From Azolla caroliniana (Eukaryota > Plantae > Polypodiophyta), in NCBI GenBank assembly GCA_043228905.1, contig JBHGNT010000013.1:15562001-15626000 (forward strand): a DNA stretch of 64,000 nucleotides, read 5' to 3'. The notes beneath the pieces are model-generated. The model did no database searches. It had not been told where the DNA came from and saw only the letters and a list, made by a program, of their open reading frames with translations. Positions 21,310 through 34,703 of the stretch are shown one piece after another; positions within the stretch are counted from its first letter, which is position 1; each line of letters opens with the position of its first letter. The position numbers were made by a program, and so were the translations under genes.

Positions 21310-22532
21310 TACACACACATATCACATAATCTCCCGCACTTAACTTAATCACATAATTAGGTACTAATTAACTCTTAATTACTTACCTAATTCTTAACAA
21401 AGACCATATGGCTGATGGTGATGCGTTTTGGACTGAGCACATACATCACATGTCTTGATAAATTCCTTGACAAATTTCCAAGGTTGGGGCCACCAAAACC
21501 CTTGAGATAGCAATTCCAGGGTTTTCGTAACCCCAAAGTGGTTGGCAAGAGGATCATCATGACAGTTTTGTAGAACCCGTGTACGACATGATCCTTCAAG
21601 AACATACAAGAGATGATTACGATATAGTAACCCATCCTGGGTTGTAAATTGGTTGAGATATGAGCTTTTCGTGTCCGGAGATGGGTCATTAATGCGGCCC
21701 ATGATTTCTTTGGTGAATGGGTCGGGTCTGACACGGTTGTCGTGGCGATCTCGTTGAGCAAAGAATCATCATGTAACATGCAGGTGGCGAACATCTGAAG
21801 TTGATCGGGCCGCAAGTTACAAACAATGGGATTGTTGTGAATATGCATCATGTCCTTGGTGCAATGCAAAATCAGGTCGCCGAGAGAGGGCAACTCTTGG
21901 CTGAAACAAGATCTCAAAGTCATAGTCGGCGAGAAAAGATGACCATCGACGACTGGTGGTGAAGTAAATTAGATTTTTGTTGTCGGTCAGCACCTGGATG
22001 CGATATTGGGCCCCAGCCAAATAGGGTCTCCATTCGGTGAAGGAAGATATGATAACTGCCAGCTCCTTGTCGTAGACCGGATAATTGATTTTCGGGCGGT
22101 AAACTTCCAAGACTAGAAGGCAACAAGACATAGTGTGCCCTCATCGTCTGGTTGGGACAGGACAACTCCAATGGCAAAGTCGGAGGCATCGGTTTCGACT
22201 TGGAAGGGCCTTGTGGCGTCGGGGGTGGGCCAACATTGGGGTTGTGAGAAAAGCTTCCTTGAGGGCATCAGATGTGTCGGGTGTGCTCCTCTATGTTGGA
22301 AGGAAAAACTAAAATGTCGTCAAGGTAGATCACCACGAAGTGATCAAGATACTCCCAAAATATATTGTGTCTATGCATTATCTAGAAGTTTCTTGAAAGT
22401 TCTAGTGATTAACTTACAATGTAATAAGTTGAAACTTATACAATACAATAATGCATAGATGGAATGCAACTCAATTGGTAAGGTTGCCCAATAAGACCAA
22501 GAGGTCATGGGTATAATGTTGTGTCTATGATA
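15800..22532 (-). mobile_element. Chromodomain Ty3/gypsy element B, decayed (RNase H-integrase-chromodomain; gag/RT deleted)
   Basis: LTR 15800-16236 (TGTCATAGAC...GTCTATGACA) and a partial second LTR at ~22368-22532. TSD GCAAG/GCAAA; PPT next to 16237. Integrase YHPQTDGQTER, chromodomain EEYEVDQILDSR, RNase H NYPVYDKEL. Confidence 0.88.
17342..21399 (+). mobile_element. Ty1/copia element C (gag-PR-INT; RT/RNase H deleted) nested in gypsy B
   Basis: Near-identical LTRs at 17342-17798 and 20933-21399; TSD AAGAC; PBS TGGTTTCAGAGC; PPT GAGGGGGCG. Zinc knuckle CNYCGKIGHYEAEC, protease WFVDSGASHH, integrase LRSDGGKEY. Several stops. Confidence 0.93.
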
Positions 22533-22764
22533 GCAAACGGCTAGTCAAGTAATGTATTGCTTGGTGACATGTATCCATGACCACATGCTCAACTACATTC
22601 GAGAAGCCAAGACACCAAAGGAAGTGTGGGAGAATCTAAGGAAGATTTTCGCGGCCAACACAACCGCAAGAAAGCTTCAACTCCACCAAGAATTGAACAA
22701 CATCCAACAAAGAGACATGTCTATCACAAAGTATACCTTGAAGATCAAGGAGCTTTGTGCTTCA

Positions 22765-23505
22765 TGTTGGGAAACAAGGTGCCGCTAGATGGGAAGGAGA
22801 ACGTGAGCCGGATCAGTTGGATCCGAAGGAGAAGAAAGGCTAGACCTAGACCTGGATTGGTGTCTGGATCAAGTCCGGATATGCATATGGAAAAGGCCAC
22901 ATATGTAAATAGGTTTTGTGTTATGCCTATTTAGGCCATATTTTGTTGGGAAACATGTCCCTCCGGATGGGAAGAGAATGACCGTGTTGATGAGTATCTC
23001 GACCGAGGCCGAAACCAAAACCAAAACCAAAACCGTAATCCAAAACCGAAATCAGATACCAAAATCATTTTGGAAGACTATAATTGTAAATAGTACAAAA
23101 TTTCCTTGTGGGTTATACTTGTAAATAACCAGAAAGTTGCTTTTGTTTATAAGCAACTAGGGTAAACTTTAGGAACCATGTAGTTGATCATTATTGAAAA
23201 GTTAGAACGAGGTAGTTGCCTCTGTAACCGTGAGTGAGAGAATGAGTGTGTAACTCTGTAGCCGTCTGTTAGACGAAGGAGAACTCGAGTTCGTTGCCTC
23301 TGAGTTTTGTACTGTACTTCCTCTTTACTATAGTGATCTGTTTTCTTGGGGTTTGTGGACCCCCGTGGTTTTTCCCATTCCGAGTTTTCCACTTAAAATA
23401 TCGGTGTCTCATTATCTTTACCTTTTTTCTATCTATGTACTACTTCTTGTTCTCTGCACACGAATACGAACATTGTAACCAGTTGTGGCCGGTCTATTTC
23501 TAACA
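22765..23505 (+). mobile_element. LTR-like segment
   Basis: Termini TGTTGGGAAA...TTTCTAACA; it truncates copia A gag. No TSD found. Confidence 0.5.
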
Positions 23506-26500
23506 TATTTGTAAATAAGCTTGAATGTTATAGGAGTATTGTAAAGAATCGGGAGTGATTATGTGTAGCGAAAGAGGTGTGTGTGTGTGTGATAGATAGA
23601 TTATATTATCGTCTTCGGAGGGAGAGAGAGCACAATCATGTATACAAAGAATGAGAAAAAATGTATTAACAAGACAAGAATGCACCAATTGTGACAAAGA
23701 TGAAGAGAAAGGTGCTTATGTAGTCACCTTCTCTATATACAACCACCACCTACTAAGGAGAGTTGGAGACTTTTAATTTGGGGGTTGAACCCATGACATT
23801 CTGGTCTTATTGGGCAACCTTACCAATTAAGCTACATCCATCTATGCATTATTGTCGCAAGCCATCACACAAGCAGTTAGTTGTGACAATCGGTTGTTTG
23901 AGCTTCATCAAGAGGAACGCACAACTTCAAGGTGGAAACCCTCTTCGAGATCTTCTCCATCGTCATCGTACGATGACCCCGTGCCGATGGAAATTGATCG
24001 AACTCGCGCCCCGCCACTCACCAAGGGTGAACAGAGGTATCGCCGAACCAACGGACTATGTTTATATTGTGGTGCATCCACCCATCTCATTCATTTTTGC
24101 CCAATCAAGAATAATCAATGACAAATATCTACAAACAATACGACAAGACGGCCCCAACAACGGGAAAACGACAATGTCCAACTACAGTAGGAGCCATGTG
24201 GTTGGACAATCCGCATTCATGTCGCTCCCATAGTTCGGCTACATCGACAGATAATTTCTCCTTTTCGGTAAGCATCCATTTCAAGTCGATTTCAATTAGA
24301 TCCTTAACACTTCTAGATTCTGGGGCAACAACGTGTTTTATGGACGAAAGGTTCGTTCATAAACACAAATTCCCGGTTGTCTGATTGTCCAAGCCAATCC
24401 CAGTGGAAGCTATCGATGGATGCATGCTTTCTTCGGGAGCAGTCACCGAAGCCACCGTCCCACTTATCTTACAGCTCGGGGACCACCAGGAGGCCTTAAC
24501 GTTTTATGTTATCACTTCACCGCGACATCCGGTCATCCTCAGTTTGTCTTGGTTGAAGGCACAGAATCCACTTGTTGATTGGCGGAATCACTTGGTTACT
24601 TTCTCCCAACCCAGCTCGGAGGTGCAAGAAATATCTCATGTTGTTGCAGGCTCTCACCCTCCCATTAATGCAGGAATCAGCTCCAAGGCGGATGCTCACA
24701 TCCCAGTCACAACAAGAAAAATAGTGCATAGTGCCTCGTCGAGCAATCCAATGAGGACAGCTACTAACTCACTACCGTCCAAGTATGAAGACTTCAAGGA
24801 TGTATTTGAGAAAAAGAATGTTGATCACTTGCCTGAGCATCGACGCTACGACTGTCTGATCGATCTACAAGAAGGTGCCAATCCTCCCTTTGGCCCAATT
24901 TATGGGTTGTCAGAACCAGAACTCCAGGCACTCTGAACGTATCTCGACAAGAACCTTCAAAAGGGTTTTATTCAAACCTCAAAATCACCAGCATGAGCTC
25001 CGATTTTGTTCGTGAAAAAGAAAGATGGATCTTTACGCCTCTGCGTCGACTATTGGGGTCTAAACAAGATTTCTGTTCGCAACCACTACCCACTGCCTCT
25101 CATCCCAAAGTTGTTGGATCGACTCCGGATTGGGAAGATCTTCTCCAAGATTGACCTACGGGGAGCATACAATTTGGTACGGATCAAACCTGGAGACGAA
25201 TGGAAAACCGCCTTTAGAACATGCTACGGACATTTCGAGTATAAGCTAATGCCTTTCGGCCTCACTAATGCTCCTATAGTATTTCAGCATATGATGAATG
25301 ACATATTCCGAGAATATCTAGATCACTTTGTTGTGATCTATCTAGATGATATCTTGGTCTTCTCTTCGAACATCAAGGAGCATACTCGACATGTTAGGTT
25401 AGTCCTCGCCAAACTTCACGAGCACGAACTCTATGCTAACAGTGAAAAATGTGAATTTTATCGTACTTCTGTAGAGTTTCTTGGGTATGTCATTTCGACA
25501 CAGGGAATCACAATGGACACATGGAAGGTCAAGACTATCCAAGAGTGGGTTGTCCCAACTCGGGTACAAGATGTGCAATCATTCCTTGGTTTTGCCAATT
25601 TTTATCGTCGCTTCATCAAAGGATTCTCAGTGATCGCACAACCTCTCAGGATGCTACTTTCGAATGGACAACGGTTGCCCAAAAGGCATACGACTTGCTG
25701 AAACAAGCCTTTACTATGGCAGCAATCCTTTTACATCCTAACCAAACTAAGCTTTTCCAAGTCGAAACGGATGCTTCAGATTTCGCCATTGGGGCGATCC
25801 TCTCCCAACTAGATGAGGTCGGTGTGCTTCACCAGTGGCTTACTACTCCCGCAAATTCACGGCCCTAGAAATCAACTACCCCATATACGACAAGGAGCTT
25901 CTCGCTATTATTGTTGCTTTTGAAGATTGAAGACCCTATTTAGCCGGGCCACAACACCGTATCCAAGTTATTACCGATCACAAAAATCTAATATACTTTT
26001 CTACCACATGAACCTTAAATCGTAGATAGGCGCGATGGTCGAACTTCTTGGTAAACTATGATTTTGAGATCATCTTTCGACCCGGCGCTCAACACACGAC
26101 GGCCGATGTCTTATCCCGTCAATCTGAGTTCGAGCTCACTCCGGATGGTGAAGCCTATGTTTAGCAATCCCAGAGCTTGTTAAAGCCTAACCAATTCTAC
26201 AACTTCGCGAATTGCTTGCTCCGGGATGACTCTTTGCTCAAGAAAATAACAGAAGCCACTACGATTGACAAGTTCGCCACAGAGGTCAAGGCATGTATCG
26301 CAAACCCCTCCCATGAACCCAAAAGACCTGATTTAGCATGTTTTACAATTCAGGATAATCTTTTGTTTCGAGATAATCTTTTGTATGTCCCAGAAGGTCC
26401 TTCTCGGACAAGGGTGCTTCACGAGTGTCATGATGATCCACTTGTTGGTCATTTTGGCATTGCGAAAACCTTGGAGTTGATATCTTGGGGATATTGGTGG

Positions 26501-26872
26501 CCACAACCATGGAAATTGGTCAAAGAGTTTGTTAAGTCATGCGACGTTTGTGCTCATTCTAAAGCATCTCATCATCGACCATATGGTCTCCTTCACCCTC
26601 TCCCAATCCCCAAACGGCCTTGGGCCTCTCTTTCCATGGATTTCATCATTGACCTTCCCTTTCTTGGTGGTTATGACTCGGTATTCGTCATGGTCGATCG
26701 CTTCACCAAGATGGCTCATTTTGTTCCATGTGCCAAAACCATTACTAGAGAGGAGACAACCGATTTATTTTTCAAAAATGTGGTTCGACTACATGGACTC
26801 CCGAACGATATCACTTCTGATCGAGGTCCACAATTTGTTTCCAATTTCTGGTGGCGCCTTCTACAAACCTAC

Positions 26873-28777
26873 TATCACGGACACACCAAATGTGGACTAA
26901 GACGAAGCACGGATGATGAGGCTACGACAGAGCGATGACGAAATGACACAAGAGCATAAAGATAGAGATGAAGATTAAGGAGACAAGATTGGGCGAAACG
27001 AGAATACTAGATTGATATGTCCATGACTGGCGTTGTTCACCTTGAATTCCTTCAAGGTGAACTCAACTATTTATACTAAGTGGCATGCATACCTATTGCA
27101 CGCATGCGATACAATAGAGCATGTAGGCAGTAGGTACACATGCATGTGCCAAGTGTAAATAATACAATGAGAAATTATGCACATGATGCTAGCTAAAACC
27201 TACAATGAGGAAGTATATACATGATTATATGCTAGATGTGTGGTTAACACATAACACTCGATTATAACATGGTCATGTCAAGAGTTCGAATCTTGACATT
27301 ATCCTATCGGCTTAAGGGGATATTGTTGATGAAAATCTTAGATCACCTCCAAAGTATTTTGTAAATCCTAGACAAGGAGTAACCCTTCCACAAGACGAGG
27401 TATTTAACACCAACGGGCATGAGCGACCATGTGTGGTCCTCGTCTAGGACTAGAACACAAATATCAACGGGTGTGAGCGACCATTTGCGGTCCTCACGAG
27501 GAGCATGAACACCAAGGGGCATGAGTAACCATGCGGGGTCCTTGTCGGGAACTAGAACGGTCCTCGCTGAGAGTTGGAACACGAACACCAACGGGCGTGA
27601 GCAACCATGTTGTCCTCACCGAGAAATGGAACATGAACGAGTGAGCGACCATGTGGCCCTCACCAAGAACACGAACACGAACAGGAGTAATCGACCATGT
27701 GTGGTCCTCACCGGGAACTGGAACATGAACAACAACGGGCATGAGCGACCATGTCAGTCCTCACCAGGATCTGGAACACGAACAATAGTTGGAGTGAGTG
27801 ACCATGTGCGGTCCTCACCGGAGATTGGAACACGAACGGGAGTGAGCAACCATGCAGCCCTCACCGGGAACAAGAACACAAACGGGAGTGAGCAGCCATG
27901 TGCGGCCCTCACGGGGAATAGGAACACGAACGGGCGTGAGCGACCATGCGGCCCTCACTGGGAACTAGAACACCAACACCAACACCAACAGGAGTGAGCG
28001 GCCTTGTGTGGACCTCACCAGGAACTGGAACACGAACACCAACGGAAGTGAGTGGCCTTGTGCGGCCCTCACCAGGAACTGGAACATGAACACCAATGGG
28101 AGTGAGCGGCCTTGTGTGGCCCTCACCGGGAACTAGAACACGAACACGAACGGGAAAGAAACTAAAAAATAGAGACAATGATGAGGAGAAACTAAAAGCC
28201 AATGAAAATGATGAGAAGAAACTAGGAGATAGAAATGGCGAGGAAGATAGGAAATGAAGCGATGTTGATGATGGTATGGTGACGATGGTAACTCTAGAAG
28301 CAAGGGCGATGACGGAGACGGGTGATGCTTCTAGTTGGAAGGTGAACAAACTGTCACAGACACACCAAGCGTGGACTACGGCGGAGCACGGATGATGAGA
28401 CTACGACAAAGCGATGACGGAATGACACAAGAGCATAAAGATAGAGATGAAGATTAAGGAGAGAAGATGGGTGAAACAAGAATACTAGATTGATATGTCC
28501 ATGATTGGCGTTGTTCACCTTGAATTCCTTCAAGGTGAACTCAACTATTTATACTAAGTGGCATGCATACCTATTGCACGCATGCGATACAATAGAGCAT
28601 GTAGGCAGTAGGTACGCATGCATGTGCCAAGTGTAAATAATACAATGGAGAAATTATGCACATGATGCTAGCTAAAACCTACAATGAGGAAGTATATACA
28701 TGATTATATGTTAGATGTGTGGTTAACACATAACACTCGATTATAACATGGTCATGTCAAGAGTTCGAATCTTGACA
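26873..28777 (-). mobile_element. Non-autonomous mini LTR element (TRIM-like) with a putative self-priming PBS
   Basis: Two 426-bp LTRs (26873-27298, 28352-28777) inserted in the integrase of element D. The 1.05-kb interior has tandem repeats and a chromodomain remnant (VKYLVLWKGY). The TSD is imperfect (CCTAC/CCTTT). Confidence 0.88.
27408..28152. repeat. Degenerate ~48-60-bp tandem repeat (GAGCGACCATGTGCGGTCCTCACCGGGAACTGGAACACGAAC...)
   Basis: About a dozen recognisable units inside the mini-element. Confidence 0.85.
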
Positions 28778-29490
28778 CCTTTGGTTGTACTGTGAATCCA
28801 TCTTCCGCTTATCATCCGCAAACCAATGGACAAACGGACCGGGTTAACCAAATCTTGGAACCATACTTGCGGTGCTATCTTAGTTAACAACAACACAACT
28901 GGGTTGACCTTCTCCCACTTGCCGAGTTCGCCTACAACAACTCTCTGCATGCATCTACGGGAGTTACTCCATTTTTCGCCAACTATGGTCTCCACCCCCG
29001 CTTCAACATTTTGTTTCCCTATGACTCTGTCAACATTTTTCGCCAACTATGGAGCTCACCCTCGTTGGCGAACGCTACAAGGAGCAAGTTGACCATCATC
29101 GCTTAGATGTTCCCCAGTTCGAGGTAGGAGACTTTGTTTGGCTTCTCCGTCGCAATATTGCCACCACTCGTCCTTGTCTGAAACTTGATTGCAAGAAGTT
29201 AGGCCCTTTCCGAATAATTGAGAAAATTGGTTCCATGGTTGTCTGCTTAGAGCTACCATCCCATTTTCATATTCATAATGTATTCCATGTCTCCCTTCTA
29301 GAACCTTGCCATATATCTAAAATCCCCGGTCAACACCCATCTCCTCCACCACCAATCCAGCTCTCAACCGGAGAAGAATATGAGGTCGACCAAATTCTCG
29401 ACAATCGTCTCTTTCATCGCCAACTTCAATACCTTGTCCTCTAGAAAGGGTACCCGATCTCCAAAGCAACATGGGAGCCGGCACATCATC

Positions 29491-29860
29491 TCAAGCTATA
29501 TGTTCATATATAGTTCTACCTTTACCATTGGGAATTTTCAACAAACCCATATATTCAATTTCCTTAGGCCAACAACCACCACATTGCAAGTATGTAATAT
29601 ACACAATAAGGTGCAACTCTAATCCATTGTAAGTACTTTCATCTAGCATCAAAGAGTAGTATGGGGAATTTATTAGGCTTGAGCTTTGAATTTCTAGAAG
29701 ATATTTCCCAAAGGCAACCAAAAATTCATATCCTCCATATCTACTAGTATAAGATATATAATCATGTTGCTTAGGCATATTAGGCACCTCTAGTAGCACA
29801 ACCAAATCACATAATTCTTGGTATGTAGCGATAGCCTATACTATATGCTATAGCCTATGA
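29491..29860 (-). pseudogene. hAT-superfamily transposase fragment
   Basis: SPYYSLMLDEST...HLIVYITY...EYMGLLKIPNGKGRTIYE resembles the first catalytic-Asp region of hAT transposases. Confidence 0.7.
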
Positions 29861-30015
29861 ATTGTAATTTGTAACTACTAATACCTGTATTATTGTTTTG
29901 GCCTTAGCAAAATTTGACGGTATTAACAAAATTTAAGCCTTCATTTTTACGTTTTGATAAAATATATGCCCGTCAAGATTGATGGTTTCATTTTTAAATT
30001 AACCTTCATATACGG

Positions 30016-33000
30016 TGTCGCGTTGTTACGCGTGTGCGTGGAGAAAGGCGGGACCACGGGGGTCTTGGACTAGGGAGTGGAGGAGAAAGATTAGCTCAAG
30101 AGGAGAAGAGAACGAATATGACATTATGATAGAAGAAGAAGATGCAATCAAGATACTCAACAAGAAGTTCTATTAAGAAATGAATGATTACAACAAAATG
30201 GTGGCAGCCATGGCCGCACCAAACGACTATATCAAAAACCCTAAAGGAAAACCCAAGAAGAAAACCCTAACCGAAACCCTAACCCTAAAACGAAATGGGA
30301 AGAAGTAGAACCCTTGACTAAGTGGTATACCTTACTCACACAAAATAGGCAACCCCCACAATGGTGCCTTCTCTCTCCTTTTATAGCATAAGGAGGGAAG
30401 ACCGCTTACAAAAGTGAGACTAAAATATCCCCTTTCATTCAAAGGGATATTTGCCTTGATTTGGGGGAGGGTGAGATTGATGGCCCCTTAACTCCCACCT
30501 CCTCACAAACAACTAGGTACCTATGTACCGCATAGTACCTCTCTCTCTCTCGTGCGTGGATGTGCGTACCACCACATCACCTTTATACCTTTATTACTAT
30601 TACAAATACATTATGTACGTGTGCAACGTTGCACATCGCTCTTTGGCTCTCATTGCTCGGGTTTCTGCTTGTGGACGAAAATCTTCACGACATCCGCCCC
30701 CACCTAACCGCACATCCTCCGGTATGTGCCAAAACATAGGGGAGAGAACACGAGATTTTCGGCCACGACGACTGACCGAGTCCTTAGCGTCCTCGTGGGC
30801 CCGCCCGGCTTTGTCTTCCACTTCGAGCAAGACCACCCCGTCCACACGAACCGCCGCCGCCTTCCGGCCCACCATCCTCGCCGAATGGTCTCGAACCGTC
30901 GGCGCCATCCGATCCGCCACGTCCACCGTGGGTCCTTGAACCACCGACTACATCCGACCCGCCGTATCCGATGCCCGTGCTTTCCTCCCCGTTCGGTCCT
31001 CCCGAACGTCGTCACCGACCCGGTTGCTCTTCCTTTGTCCACCTCGTATATCCCCCGGATGCCCTCCCGGTCGCATGCCGGATTCCGCCCTTTGCGTGCC
31101 GCACACCTCAGCGTGCCGACTCTCTCCGCTCCACGCTTGCCTTCCGTAGGCTTTCCCCGTATGTCGATGTTGCCCTCCGAATGCGTGCTCGTGCTTCGGT
31201 CCTTCGATGACCCCATCACGCGTTTTTCGCTTTCCCCTTTTTCGTCGTGCTCTCTCATAGTAGAGCGTATCGTCATCCCGACCTCCGTGTCGGTGTCCCT
31301 CGAGGCTCTCGTTATCGCCTCACCTAAACTTGCGCCCTCTTGGCCCGCTTGGCCTTGTATGCCCTCCGGGAAGCCGTCGCGCTTTCTCTTCCCGGTATGT
31401 ACCCCGTTGTTCTCCGCGCATCTCCACCGTTTTCCTAGATACGACTCTCCACTCATGCCGATCGCGCTCGGCCCATGCCGTCGATCTTGGTGTTTCGCCG
31501 CGCCGTCCTTCGTCCCGCGCTTGCCTCTCAAAGGCTTGACCCGACCGTCATCGTCAGTCAATCGTTGTCGCCCATCTGCCGTATGCATGCTTCTGTCTTG
31601 GCCCTCCACCGGCCGTATTGCATGCGTCTCGTGTCGTGCTTTCGCCGTAGACACGACCTCCGCGTCGGTCTCCAACTCCTCGCCGCCACCCACCGCTTCT
31701 TCGTTCTCCTTTCGATCCGCGACCGCCGATGCCTCACGGGTAGGTGTGGAGGGTTCCTCCCACTCTCGGTTCACCACCGAGTCCTCGCCTCTCAAAGGCT
31801 CAATCGGTCCACCGTTTCCGGTCATTAGTTGACGCTCTCTCGGATGCATGCTCGTTCTTGGGCCCTTCACCGACCGTAGTGCATGCTTCGTGTTACGCCC
31901 TTCATCCGTCGTAGACCCGACCTCCGCGTCGGCCCCTTCTTCCTTTGTCACCGTAGCCCGTTCCGACCCGAGCTCGCCATCTTGGACCCGCTCGTCCATC
32001 ATCTCATACCGGATACCCACTCCGATAACTTTGTCCGCTTCGGCCTCCGACTCCTCGCCGCCACCCGCCGTCTCTCCGGTCTCACGTTGATCCGCAACCG
32101 CCGAAGTCTCTAGAATGGGTGTGGAAGGTCCCTCTCGCTCTCGGTCTTCTAGCAAGCCGTGATCACCGTGCCCACTAGGCCTCCTTCTCGCTCTCACCGG
32201 CTCCCACCATAACCGTACCCGGCCGGCTATGAATCGATCAAACAATTCCTATCTTGTCGGCTTCCTTCGGTTCGTGCCCGGTTGACCGGCCCCCACTTCA
32301 CTCTTCTTCCGCTCTGCCTCCCGGCCGGGTCGGATTACCGACTGGCTCATCTTTCGGTCGGGTCGGTTCCCGACTCGCTCCTCGATGCCGCTCCGGACCT
32401 CTCCTTCGGTCTTTTCGCACGTGCCCACTCCGGGCCTCTCATCCTCACGGCCACCGCCCATCTCCCCAATCTTATGTCCGTGCTCGGGCGCAACCGCCGA
32501 AGTCTCCGGCCCTGGTGTCGAGGGATCTCGCCTCCGTCTGCTACAAACCTCCTCTTCGTCATTTCGGTTGCCCGCCTTGCCGCCGCCACCGTCCGTCTCT
32601 CTAGGTCTCACACCGGCTCTCGGGCCGGTTGCCGGAGTCTCTAGGACCGGTGTGTGGAAGGTTGCGGCACCGCCGCTCGTCTCCTCTTCTTCCTCGATTT
32701 CGCAAGCCTCGAGTATGCTCGCGAAATCCTCGTAGAACGTTTCGGGCAACCGCGTCCCGAAACTTTCGCCCACTCTCGAAGTGGCGTCCATTGCTCCGTA
32801 GATATCGGCCTCATCCATGGCCGTCCTCTTTCCACAAGTCGAGAGGGTCGCTCGCTCCGCACCCTCTCCCACATCGTCGTCGTGGTCATCCGCCTTGTCG
32901 CTGCCACCGTTCATTACCCTAGGTCTCACGCGGGCACTCGGGCCGACCGTCGGGGTCTCTTGAACCGGTGCGTGTAAGGTAGCAACGCCGCCGCTCATCG

Positions 33001-34672
33001 ATGTTATGCCTGTAGCCACCTCCATTCGGACATCGTCGTCCGTGGCTACCCTGCCTCCGTATATGCAAGCATCAATTATGCTTGCCGCCTCCTCTTCCAC
33101 GGTCTCCTTACCGTTGTCTCGGTTGCCCGCCTTGTCGCTACCACCGTCCGTCACTCTACGTCTCACACCGGCTCTCGGGCCGGTTGCCGGAGTCTCTAGG
33201 CCCGGTGTGCGTAAGGTCGCGGCACCGCCGCTGGTCTCCTCCTCCCTCGATGTTTCGGGCCGCCATGTCCCGAATCCGTAGTTACCGGCCTCCATGGTCA
33301 TCCATTCGCCGCAAGACGAGAGAGTCGCTCTTTCCGCACCCTCTCCCACATCGTCGCCGTCGTGGTCGCCCGCCTTGCCGCCACCGCCACCCGTCACTCT
33401 AGGTCTCACACCGGCTCTCGGGCCGGTTGCCGGAGTCTCCACCGCCCGTCTTCTCCCCACTCGATGTTTCGGGCCTCCATGCCCGAACTCCCTCATGTTC
33501 GCTCGAATAGGCGATCACCGCCTCACCGTCCCCGACCTCGTCCTCGATCGATCTTTCTCTGCATGTCAAGAGGGTGGCTCGCTCCGCACCCTCTCCCATG
33601 GTACCGATGTACCATGGTACCGTATTAGCGTTTCTAGGTCGAGCTCCTCCGAACCGTTTTGCGTTGAGCTCTCTTCCGGCGGTAGTGCGTACTCACTCGC
33701 CGCTCTCTCTTCTCTGTCGTTTGCGGGCCATGTTGTTGCCGACTGCTCCCCATCGGGTTGCCCGCATACCCACTCCGGTTTCGCGTATCCGTACGCTTCC
33801 AATAGAGCTCCCTCGAAGGACTCCCATGACTCGTGAGCTTCTCGTAGCTCCTTGACGTCCTTGTGCACCGATACGGCCGCCACTCGCGAAAAATACTCTA
33901 GTCGCATCGCCTCGTCCACGCCCCCTTTCGCCATCTCGGCCTTGTAGGCTCCCAAAATTTTTAGGACCTCATTCCCATTGAACCGGCCGACTCAATCGAC
34001 CACCCTTTCGACGGCTTGTTGAGTCGCATCTCGCTTCGCCATCTTCCGTCTGGCTTCCATCACGATCTTTGCCATCATCTCCTCGAAGTCAAAGTCTTCT
34101 TCCAGCTCCATGCTCCCTTGCCGCCCTTCACGTCGGGTTCACCAAATATGTCGCGTTGTTACGCGCGTGCGTGGAGAAAGGCGGGACCACGGGGGTCTTG
34201 GACTAGGGAGTGGAGGAGAAAGATTAGCTCAAGAGGAGAAGAGAACGAATATGACATTATGATAAAAGAAGAAGATGCAATCAAGATACTCAACAAGAAG
34301 TTCTATTAAGAAATGAATGATTACAACAAAATGGTGGCAGCCATGGCCGCACCAAACGACTATATCAAAAACCCTAAAGGAAAACCCAAGAAGAAAACCC
34401 TAACCGAAACCCTAACCCTAAAACGAAATGGGAAGAAGTAGAACCCTCGACTAAGTGGTATACCTTACTCACACAAAATAGGCAACCCCCACAATGGTGC
34501 CTTCTCTCTCCTTTTATAGCACAAGGAGGGAAGACCGCTTACAAAAGTGAGACTAAAATATCCCCTTTCATTCAAAGGGGATATTTGCCTTGATTTGGGG
34601 GAGGGTGAGATTGATGGCCCCTTAACTCCCACCTCCTCACAAACAACTAGGTACCTATGTACCGCATAGTAC

Positions 34673-34703
<31 letters not shown>

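Larger units (their letters stand above)
15186..22764 (+). mobile_element. Ty1/copia element A (5' LTR, PBS, gag fragment) interrupted by gypsy B
   Basis: LTR ends ...TTTACA at 15477; PBS TGGTATTAGAGC (iMet-like). gag KLDRNNFTSWEYKM breaks at 15799 and resumes at ~22538 (YCLVTCIHDHMLNYIREAKTPKEVW). Confidence 0.8.
23780..29490 (+). mobile_element. Chromodomain Ty3/gypsy element D (gag-PR-RT-RH-INT-chromo), decayed
   Basis: PVPMEID and CLYCGASTHLIHFCP; LLDSGAT; YLDDILVFS; VETDASDFAIGAIL; SMDFI...SDRGPQF; EEYEVDQILDNR. Many stops and frameshifts. Interrupted at 26873-28777. Confidence 0.92.

Noticed and set aside
30523-33855. Many + strand ORFs as host genes
   Set aside because: They are antisense shadows of a GC-rich repetitive region inside an LTR element and show no recognisable domains.
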